The notes under the pieces were generated by a model that was not told the DNA's origin, searched no databases, and saw only the letters and a program-made list of their open reading frames with translations. From Chiloscyllium plagiosum (taxonomy: Eukaryota), in the NCBI RefSeq assembly GCF_004010195.1, contig NC_057719.1, positions 27,587,458 through 27,651,457 on the forward strand: a stretch of 64,000 bases of DNA. Reading direction: 5' to 3'. The position numbers and the translations under genes were made by a program. The number at the start of each line of letters is the position of its first letter. Positions within the stretch are counted from its first letter, which is position 1. This document shows, piece by piece, positions 53,918-64,000 of the stretch.

Positions 53918-54567
53918 GTTCCAAAGTGGAAAATATTGCCATGAATTACAGCTGTACAAGACGGTTTGTGGGGCTACAGCATTTTGGAGATGTTCAAGTA
54001 CAAAGGGAGATGTGCAAGGAAAGTTTGTGGTAGTTGCCTAGAACATGCTTCCGGGGAGGCAGAAGAAGCAGATATGATAGCAAAGTTTAACAGGCGTTTA
54101 GCCAGATACATGAACAGCAAGGGAATACAGGAATACGGGCCATGCGCAGGTGGATGGGATTATTTTTGAGGCATCGTAGTCAGCACAGACATGGTGGGTC
54201 AAAAGGCCTGTTTCTGTCCTATGTTCTAAGACATACCATGGGCCTATTTATTTAAGAACTCAAATTAGCACCAACATTTATTTCAATTTGACTGCGTTTG
54301 ATGAAAATCAAAACTTTGCCAAATTTTAGATTTTAGTTCAGTCCTCACTTTAATTCAGTCCCCTCTCTCCAACCAGCCAAATTAGGACTTTTTATCTGTG
54401 TGAGAAAGCTAGGCCCGTCATGTTCCTTTCAGACCTGTTGTTCTTCAATAGACATGGATTCATCCTGACATGAGCAAAAGCCAAATTAAACCTGGTTCTG
54501 AAAGCAGAACTGTCGTTAGCAAGATATCGATCAAACTCTCGCTGTTAAATTAACTGCAACCATTTGT

Positions 54568-54878
54568 GGGCGGCACGGTGGCAAAGTGGTTAGCACTGCT
54601 GCCTCACAGCGCCAGAGACCCGGGTTCAATTCCCGCCTCAGGCGACTGACTGTGTGGAGTTTGCACGTTCTCCCCGTGTCTGCGTGGGTTTCCTCCGGGT
54701 GCTCCGGTTTCCTCCCACAATCCAAAAGATGTGCAGGGTCAGGTGAATTGGCCGTACTAAATTGCCCGTAGTGTTAGATAAGGGGTAAATGTAGGGGTAT
54801 GGGTGGGTTTCGCTTCGGCGGGTCGGTGTGGACTTGTTGGGCCGAAGGGCCTGTTTCCACACTCTAATCTAATCTAAT
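54568..54878 (+). mobile_element. Full-length, CpG-rich (young) HE1-like V-SINE
   Basis: A box tggcaaagtgg, B box ggttcaattcc, V-domain, CR1-like tail gggccgaagggcctgtttcc and (TCTAA)3. Confidence 0.92.
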
Positions 54879-55877
54879 CATTTTAACCATCGTGGACTTA
54901 AGGCCAAAGCAATCTGTTGCACAGACCACTCCTGCTTCAAACCTCTCCTCATGAAATCTCAGGTTATTATAATGCCGCAAGAATGAAAAGCTTAGTGAAA
55001 GTTAGTTCCATCTTACCTTCAGGGATTCATTTTGGAAAACACAAAACCAGCAGCTTGGCCTTCGCCCGGTGCCTGCAAATCACTGCGTCAACATTGATTT
55101 GTGAAGCCTCCAAACATTTTCAAAAAACAGGGCTAACCCACACTCCAAGTGCAGAATGTGAAGGGCTCATGTAAACACAAGTGGCCACCATTTTGAAACG
55201 TGAAAAAGGTGCAACACCAGTAATTCATGTTAAATTAATGTGGCATAATTACTTAATTGTACAAAGCAGGCTGACCAACTGTCTGTATTTAAATTAAAGG
55301 GACAATGGCAAATCTGAGGATGCGCCTTTAGAGCTGGATTGGGGAGAACTTGTACTGACACCTAAATGCTGCTCCAGGCAGCTGTGTTGTTCTGGCCCTC
55401 ACTCAAACAGTACCCTAAACACAAGCTGAAACATGATAGACAAACAGTGAAGGGCAAACCATAACGAATCAGGGATTGAAACAAACAAAGAATGGAGTGA
55501 CAGATGAACTTTGGTATACAAAGCATCCCAGGTCTGGCAGCATCTGCTGAGTGAGAGACTCCAGTTCCAGTTCAACAGAGGAGTAAAATCAGATTCGGGA
55601 TATTAACTCTATTTCTCTCTCCACAGGTGAGACTTGCTCTGCTGAGTTCCTCCAGCACACACTGTTCCTATTTCAGATCTCCAGCATTTGTAAGCTATCG
55701 CTTTTATCAAATGGGACTGCACCCCTGTTTCCACTGTCAGGTGCTTCTTCCATTCAGCATAAACATGATCCTTGAATGGCTTGTTGAGGGACACTTCCAA
55801 AGAGTGGACAATAGACATTAGACTGTGGTATAACTGAGGTGGGAGCTATTTCTTCACAAGCACCTCTTGATCTCATG

Positions 55878-56808
55878 TGAACATAGGAGGTATAGTTAGT
55901 ACGTTTGCCAATGACACCAAAGTTGGAGGTGTAGTGAACAGCGCAGGTTACGTTAGAATACAACGGGATCAGGATCAGATGGGCCAATGGGCCAAGGAGT
56001 GGCAGGTGGAGTTTAATTTAGATAAATGTGAGGCACTGCATTTTGGAAAGGCAAATCAGGGAAGGACTTATACACTTAAATGGTAAGGTCCTGGAGAGAG
56101 TTAATGAACAAAAAGACCTTGGAATGCAGTTTCATAGTTCCTTCAAAGAGGAGTTGCAGATAGATAGGATAATGAAGAAGGTGCTTGGTATGGTTGCCTT
56201 TATTGGTCAGAGCAATGAGTATTGGAGTTGGGAGGTCATGTTGCGGCTGTACAAGATATTGGTTTGGCTACTATTAGAATACTGAATGCAATTCCTGTCT
56301 CCCTGATATAGGAAGGATGTTGTGAAACGTGAAAAGGTTCAGAAAGGATCTAGAAGGATATTGCTGGGGTTAGAGAGTTTGAGCTATAGGAAGAGGCTGA
56401 ATAGACTAGGACTACTTTCCCTGAAGCGACAGAGGCTGAGGGGTTACCTTATAGAGGTTTATAAAATCATGAGGGATATGTATATGGTAGATACTCAAGG
56501 TCTTTTCTCTAGGGGGAGGGAGTCCAAAATTAGAGGGTTAAGGTGAGAGGGGAAAAATTTGAAAATGGATCTAAGGGGCAACTTTTTAATGCAGAGGATG
56601 GTGCTTGTGTGGAATGAGCTGCCAGACGTGGTGGAGGCTGGTACAATTACAACATTCAAAAGGCATCTGGATGGGTATATGAGTAGGAAGGTTTTTGAGG
56701 GATATGGGCCAAATGCTGGCAAATGGACCTAGATTAATGTAGGATATCTGGTTGGCATGGATGAACTGGACCAAAGCATCTGTTTCTGTGCTGTGCTTCT
56801 CTATGACT
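55878..56808 (+). mobile_element. CR1 3' fragment (RT C-terminus and UTR)
   Basis: STFANDTKVGGVV...WQVEFNLDKCEALHFG. Confidence 0.88.
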
Positions 56809-57014
56809 TTGAGCACTCCACAGGTTGGACATTGAACATTTTGAAATTCATGGCCATTTCATCCATCGTGAAAATGTGATTTAATGGGAACTTCTTTGAT
56901 TGCCCTTGTCTAATTGAGGAATCCCAAAATTCAGTAATTTTAGTGACAAGATTCCTTAGTACTCTCTGAATAATCTTAGATTTCTTTTGCAAATCTAGAC
57001 TGTTTTGTTCCACA

Positions 57015-57744
57015 TGTTGTGGACCAGGGCCAGACCCTCTCAAAACAGTTCAAGAATGGCCTGGTCCCTAACTTTGGCTCAGGTATAATGCAGGTATAAT
57101 GTGAATATTCCAGGAGGGATGCAGCTGGCCCAATCACTTCATTTTAAACAAAACAAAATATATTTGCAAGATTGCCAAACACAAAGAGAACAGAATACAG
57201 AATAGCTTAACCCGCCCGAAAACTCAACAGACTATCCCAACTTAATGATGCTGTTCCAGATTCCTGCAACAATCCCCATAAACACCCCTTGACACAAAAG
57301 GTAAAATCACTCACAGAGTCTTACAGGGGAGGGAGGGGGAGAGAGAGTGTGAGAGAGAGTGTGAGAGAGAGTGTGAGAGAGAGTGTGAGAGAGAGGAGTG
57401 TGAGAGAGAGAGATGGCAGAGAGATTCAGCATGGAACACCTTCTTCCATGGAACTATTTCTTTGGCCACCAGCCTCAAAACTGACTGCCTGTTTTCTCTA
57501 AACAGCCAGACTGCTAAAACCCCAAAACCAAACCAAAGCAGAGAGAAGCTGAGCTGGAAGAACTGGCCACTTCCCTTCCATTGTACAGTGTTCTTTTTCA
57601 ACTTAAAAGCCTTTTGCCTGAGGCAGTATCTGTTAGCCCGAAAATCCTTTCCAAGCTAGACCTCTTGGAAACTCTGCCTCATACAACACTTTTGTAAAAA
57701 AACTAAAGACAACACAACATTGTTAAAGGAGCAGCATCATTGCA
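57015..57744. mobile_element. Solo LTR (TG...CA) with a 4-bp TSD CACA
   Basis: CACA|TGTTGTGG...CATTGCA|CACA; removing it restores the pogo reading frame. Confidence 0.75.
57337..57412 (+). repeat. (GAGAGAGAGTGT)n / (GA)n microsatellite within the solo LTR
   Basis: Direct inspection. Confidence 0.95.
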
Positions 57745-60467
57745 CACAAAAATGGTACACCAGCTAGCTGTTGTTCTGAAATCTTTGTTGGATGTAGGGC
57801 TTTATTTGCCTAAGTGGAAATGCATACATCATATCTGGATACTATGTAACTTTGCTGCTGATTTTCAAGGACTCATTCTGATACATGATTTTCAAGTACA
57901 GGTGATTGGATGGTCCCTGGTCTTATGTTCGGTTTGGTCTTGAGCACCTGCACTAGCACAGATTCCTACTTCCATTCTCACACTAGCTTGTTCATTAAAC
58001 AAGAAATTCCCCTGTTGCAATATTATTTGACAAATTAGCAAATGTCATGACTTTTAGCTCGAAAGCAACTTCATTCTTAATTTGTTTTACAGTTTGTCAC
58101 TTGCTATGTCTGCTGAATATTATTTAAATTCCCTCATATGATCTTTACCACACTGTGAGTACCATGATTCTATGTGACTTGCACTATAAGTAAATAATCA
58201 ATATCTTGTTGCCACCACGCAGCTGCAGCTGTACACAGAACCCTTTGGCTCCAATTCAGCTGCAACCACTTCAATTAGGGATTAGACATACACAATGGTG
58301 TTTACACAATGGTGGCCAAAAATGTGTCAGGTCATTTGCTTTTCAAAATGTGCAGCAGCAATCCTTTAAAACATTGGTTTTAAAGCATTATTTCCTCATG
58401 TCAGTCCGCAATGTTAAAAAAAACAAAAATAAATCTTTACAAGGTTACCAAATCCAAAAATAGCCTGATCCCTGGTTGGGTTGACAACACATTGTTCCCG
58501 GAAGCTGCCCTGAATATACACTAATCGATTCTTTCTTGTGGTTACCTCTGTCAGTTTGATTTTCCCAAATCGACTTGAAGATTAAAGACATCCATAATTA
58601 ACGTACTGCCTTTTTTATTCCTACATGTTTCCATTATCTCTTGATTTGTTCTCTGTCTTACTGCAGAGCTACTATTAATAGATATTTCAACCAGTGTTTT
58701 CTGCCCCTTGTTAGGTCTCACCTCAACCCATATGGATTCTACATCTTCTAATCCAAAATCATTTCATGTCATTGCACTTCTTTCATCCTGTACTGACCAA
58801 CATACCGTAGCACATTTACCTTTAGAAAGGTCACATATTCCTGAGTGTTTAGTTCCCATCTTTGATCTCCTTGTAACTATCTCCCTGATGGCCATAAGAT
58901 CACACTACTCACGTCTATTTGTGTCTTTAAATCATTTATTACAACACTACACAAAGGGCCATTAGTTTTGCCTTTTTACCATGTTTGACCTTTTCAACTT
59001 ATTTGCTGCTGTTTTCTTCTAATGTTTGTATGCTCTGTCCTATCTTGGCCAACTCTTAGTACCATCACCTAAACAATAGTCCTGCAAAGCTGCCACATCT
59101 TTTCGCTTTGACAACCTAAGGTTTCCTTCTCCCAACACTCCCCCCACTCAAATTAGTTTGCGTCATCAACCACCATTGAACAATAATATACAACAGCTCT
59201 CTAGTTACTCCCATAGATGTCTGCTGGCAAGCAGCAATGAAATGGATCTTTAGATACTCAAAGGCTTTAGTACCTGCCAGGTTCAGCAGTTTTAGTCCAA
59301 AGATATAATGGAGCAATAGATACAAATGGCTATGTAATTACTTCATGGTGAAGAGGTTTTTGTCTTGATCGAGGTCAATGTTTCTACCTCCTTTTAAATT
59401 GGAGCATTTCAGCAATTTTCCAGTGGGCTGGAGGTGCATCAATATAATTCTATTCAGTTTAATGGCTTCTCTGAATGAGATTGTTCAATTGGTGCCAAAT
59501 TATTGGTAGTTTTGTTTTATGAACATAGATTCACCATGACCTGAGTTGACAGTGAGCTCATTCCACTTGACTGCAGTACGGAAGACAATCATCTCACATT
59601 TCCTAGATATTAATCACAAAAAAATTATGATACTATTAAGACTGTGACTTTTTTTTTCCTTTACATTCTCATCAATCTGTTTGGAAATGTAACTACAAAC
59701 CTCTGCAGCAGATAGGACTTGAACCCCGGTTTCCTTGTTCAGAAGCAGGGACATTACCACCATACCACAAATGCCCTCTAATTCTATGCTTTCATTATCC
59801 GATTACACCCACTCACCATGCGTTAAAAAGTTTCTCAGCAACCTGTTCAGAGGATATTATATACCTCTGGAGGAGGTGGGACTTGAATGCAGGCCTCCTG
59901 GCCCAGAGTTAAGGACACTATCACTGCACCACAGGGACCTCTGGGCCTGTTCTTTATAAATATCCGAAGTGATTTTAAACACAACTGAACTTTTCTTTCC
60001 CCCAATCACCACATCATATGGCTTTTTTTAACCTATTAACCAGTAAATGACCCACGTTTCCAACTGAATAATTTACATGCAATGCAAACTAAAGGGAAAA
60101 GATGAAAGTAGGGAGACTGGGACTGGTTTTCTTCTCTATTTCTAGAGGTGCTCTTACACACAACTGAAATGTTTTTCTTTCATCATCAAATCACTCGTGA
60201 TTTTGTTTTTCATCTATTAACCACCATCATCAATGTTTCCAATTGAACAATTTATATAGAAAGCTTATAGGCAATGTTAAAGGTAATGCAAACCATCAAA
60301 GGTGAGAGAGAGGTAGGGAGATCAAGGCGTGTTTTTTTCCCCCCTCCTAATCAACCAGGGCAGAGATGTTATGGTACTCCTTTGGAGCAGGTGGGTCTTG
60401 AAGCCGAGCTTCTGGGCTCTGAGGTGGAGAACACCACCTCTGCATGGGCTTGTTTTGAATTCTAGTT

Positions 60468-60795
60468 ATGGAGTCATAGAGCTGTACAGCATGGAAACAG
60501 ATCCTTCAGTCCAACTCATCCATGCCAACTAGATATCCTAAATTAATCTAGTCCCATTTGCTACATTTAGCCCATATCCCTCTAAACCCTTCCTTATACC
60601 CATCCAGGTGCTGTAATTGTACCAGCCTCCACCACTTCCTCTGGCAGCTCATTTCATTTTTGCACCACCCTCTGCATGAAAATGTTTCCCCTTAGGTCCC
60701 TTTTAAATCTTTCCCCATTCACCTTAAACTTAGGTCCTCCAGTTTTTGATTCTCCAACCCCGGAGAAAAGACCTTGGCTATGTATCCTATCCATG
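60468..60795 (-). mobile_element. CR1 3' fragment
   Basis: gagtcatagagctgtacagcatggaaacag tail. Confidence 0.85.
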
Positions 60796-60903
60796 ACCTT
60801 ACCTATGTATCCTATCAATGACCTTACCTATGTATCCTATCCATGACCTTACCTATGTATCCTATCAATGACCTTACCTATGTATCCTATCCATGACCTT
60901 ACC
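60779..60903 (+). repeat. 25-bp tandem repeat x5 (TATGTATCCTATC[C/A]ATGACCTTACC)
   Basis: Five copies alternating C/A at one position. Confidence 0.97.
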
Positions 60904-62239
60904 AATACGTATATAACATAGAACAGGTCACATCAACTCAGTCACATACTAAACACTTTTCCCTGAGGGTTCCTATAGCACACCAGTAGTGTCCCAACCT
61001 TTGAGTATGGAGATCAGCGTTCAAGACCCATCTGCCCCAGCAATGTGCAATAACGTCTCTGAACAGGTTGCTGAAAGATTTGGGGCCTTCCACCTTTGTT
61101 TTGATTTAGCCTCTCCCTCACCTTTTGCATTGCCCTTAACATGGCTGGGTTTTTAACTGAAAACATGTGTGATTTACTGATCATGGTTAATAGGTGAAAA
61201 AAAAAACACTGGTGACTTGGGGATGGGGAAAAAAAAATGTTCATTTGCGTGTAAGAGCACTTTGGAATAGAAAAAAAAAATTCCCTGCAGTGGTAATGCT
61301 GCCATCTTGGAGCCCGAGTGCCTGGGTTCACGTCCCACCTGTTCCTGAGGTGTGTAATATCCTGGACAGGTTGATCAGAAAATACCAACGACTTTCCCTA
61401 TTTCAATTTCCATTCAGATCGATGTTTAACAAATAGATGAATTGATAATCATACAATTACCCCCATGATCTGAGATTGTCATCTCTCTGTGTGATGATGA
61501 ACCACGATTAACTCAGTGTTAATCCTGATCAGAATGGAGAACGTTGCTCAGAAAAATGAGTCATGGCCACTGTAATTAATTTTAAAAATTGAATACAATC
61601 AGAGGAAACTTCCGTACCTTGAGTCATCCATCTCACTGTCACTTGCATTCTGCTTATTTGAGTCGAACTAGCAGAATTTGTAAAGCAACCAAAGGTTCAT
61701 TATTTATTTGAATTCAAGGCACGACAAAGCAGTACACCCTGTGACATTGGAAATGCGTATTATTAGGAGTCTCACTATCACATGATGCAGGAAGAGGAAA
61801 ATCTTACACATCAAGGAGGCAGACATGTGCAAAACCAAGGACTCCTTGTTTAGATTGGGAATGATTATTTTCCACTCCATATGGTGAGAATGACAGTGGG
61901 CAGGTAGGAAATTTGCACCATTGTCCAATGGTAATGTGTGATCAGGATCCTGCTGCCCGTTCCTTTCCCAGAGGCGGAACAGTATGTGGCAGCTCACTGA
62001 TGAAGGTGATTAAATGCAGCATTCCAGGATATGGTTTAAAGCCAGTCCCGGTTAGCAAACTACAGCTGCAACCTCACTGGGAGAAAGGAAGGAGAGCTCA
62101 CCCTGCATAATAGGTACAGCAGTCAGATCCAACTGCAAATTCCCTCCCCAAAGCCCAATTTGGAGAACACATCCCACGTGGAGGTGTGCGATATCCTGTC
62201 AAAGGCCCTCTCTGGGTCAGGTCTGCTCTGGGATTGGTG

Positions 62240-63965
62240 AATCACCTCAATCAAACCTGTGCTGCACCAGGCAGGACAATCTTCAAGAGCCTCGCACTCC
62301 TCAGGAATAGGATCGCCTCTGTGCAAGATGGGAGGAGGGTGGGTTGGGAGGCTTGCCTCATCAGCCTGGACCAAGAGAAGGCCTTTGACAGAATGTCACA
62401 CACGTATATGTGGGGCGTGCTCTCCAAAGTGGGCTTTGGGGAAGAAATCTGGATCCAGCTGCACGACACCAACATCATTCATGCAGTCTCATCAATGGGT
62501 GGGAATTAGAAAGCTTTCTGATCAGATGTGGAGTCAGGCAGGGCTGCTTACTTGCTCCTGCCTTGTTTGGGTGTGGTTTAGAGTCCTTGGCTAAGAGTAT
62601 CAGGAAGAATGTGAGCCTGAGAGGGGCAACTATTCCAGACAGCAGAAGCCTGCAGGTCAATGCCTCCCTGTACATGGACGAGGTCACAGTTTTCTGCTCA
62701 GATCTGTTGTCAGTTGCGCAGACTCATGAGCATCTGCAACCATTTCAATCTAGCCCCGACAGCTAAGGTAAATCAAGGCAAGAGTGATGCCATGTTCTTT
62801 GGGAACTGGGCTGACTGATCCTTTCTCCCCTTCACCATCAGGACAGATGACCTGAAGATGCTGGGACATGCACAAAATCTTGGGAGGAGCACATAGCCAA
62901 GGTGAGGCAGAAACTGGGCTTTTGGGAGCACTGCTTCCTTTCCACTGAGTAAAAACCTGCTCATTAGGTGTGAGGTACTCTCTCTGTTGCTGTCTATGGC
63001 AGAGGTCAGGCCCATTCCCAGAACCTGCACTTGAGCCATCATCCACTTCACCTGGAGACCTGAGATGGATCACGTCCACAGGGACACCATAGAAATAACT
63101 CTGGATAAGGCTGGGGAAGAAAATACCCAATTCTGCCCACATTCTGATGGCCAGCTTTGCATGTGGCTGCATCAAGTTGTGTGAAGACCCTCGGTTTGCA
63201 AACACGAAGTGTCACTACATACTGGGGTTCTACCTGTCCTCAGTGTTGCAAAGGATGGGACTGGCCTCGATGCTGCTGAACACTGCCGCTGAAAGTAGTT
63301 GGACCATTCCTTATTACCTATCCTTCATGGAGAAATTTGCAAATAAAAATACCTTTGACAACGGTCCATCAGGAAATGGTCAGCACATAGTATCCTCAAC
63401 ACCCTGTGGGAAAAGGAGAGGGTGGATCCTGTCATGTGGTTTCCTGAGCAGACTGTCAAAGTCATCTGGCAGAACGCCTCATCACCAGAACTTTCCAACA
63501 AGCACCAAGACATCACTTGGCTGTTGGTGAGGAGGGCACTACCTGTCAGATCCTTCTTGTAGGCCCGATTGGTCAGCATCAGCACATGCTGCCCTCAAAG
63601 CAGCTGGGGGTGTAGAGACTGTCACACATCTCCTTCTGGAATGTGCCTTTGCAAAGTAAGTCCGGAGAAAGATGCAGTGGTTTTTGTTGAAGTTCGTCCC
63701 GAGCAACTCCAGCAGTCAGGACTCTATGCTCCACTGTCTGTTTTTCTGGACGCACACCAAGACAAAAATTGACTGCCCCTGAAATAAAAACTCAGTGAAA
63801 GACATTCTTTAGTCTGCCCAAAACCTGTCTGTCTACCAGAACAAGGAGTTGACCTCGAACTAGTGTTGCAAACTGGAACATTTCAAGGCCCAGGACTTTG
63901 TGCTGAGGGACGCACTAAAGCTTGGGACAGTTGCTACTAAGGCGCAGTGGGGAAAGACTGCTGTC
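62240..63965 (+). mobile_element. Tx1/L1-clade LINE ORF2 remnant (RT and C-terminal CCHC region)
   Basis: LISLDQEKAFDRMSHTYMW, GVRQGCLLAPALF, LYMDEV and gagactgtcacacatctccttctggaatgt (ETVTHLLLEC). Confidence 0.85.
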
Positions 63966-64000
63966 TGAGGTCTTTCAGCCAAAGTACAACGGTGCTCTGT

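Larger units (their letters stand above)
55700..57900 (-). mobile_element. Decayed pogo/Tigger-type DNA transposase, split by a CR1 and a solo LTR
   Basis: DFRTTASWCTIFV|EQNSLDLQKKSKIIQ (CENP-B HTH end), FTMDEMAMNF (first catalytic D) and SLEVSLNKPFKD (QPLDV..NKPFK motif). Confidence 0.75.
59660..61390. repeat. Inverted cluster of five tRNA-like units and three copies of a shared spacer
   Basis: Minus-strand units at about 59660-59775, 59830-59942 and 60345-60445; plus-strand units at about 60965-61080 and 61285-61385. Spacer copies lie at about 59975-60100, 60135-60315 and (reverse complement) 61105-61280. Confidence 0.65.

Noticed and set aside
54568..54640. tRNA gene
   Set aside because: The tRNA-like head continues into a SINE body and LINE-derived tail

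Overview
AT-rich, repeat-dense vertebrate genomic DNA. The repeat content (CR1-type LINEs sharing 3' tails with tRNA-derived V-SINEs of the HE1 type) points to a cartilaginous fish such as a shark; this is inference. The only host coding sequence I can support is one 180-nt minus-strand exon (8452-8631) encoding the N-terminal transmembrane segment of a synaptotagmin-14/16 family protein, most like non-mammalian SYT16. The rest is probably intronic or upstream DNA filled with nested mobile elements: a near full-length CR1 with an esterase ORF1, many CR1 fragments, Penelope-like (GIY-YIG) elements, Rex1/Babar-like and Tx1-like LINEs, a deleted Gypsy element, a solo LTR inside a pogo-type transposase, MITEs, SINEs and minisatellites. 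There is one assembly gap. The most interesting signals are minimal hammerhead-ribozyme motifs in the termini of at least two Penelope-type families (one on a 127-bp unit with its own 13-bp TSD), a 17-bp minisatellite expanded between the A and B boxes of a SINE, and an inverted cluster of tRNA-like units at 59.7-61.4 kb. I found no evidence for a novel multi-gene system. Repeat boundaries are by eye and approximate unless a TSD is quoted.
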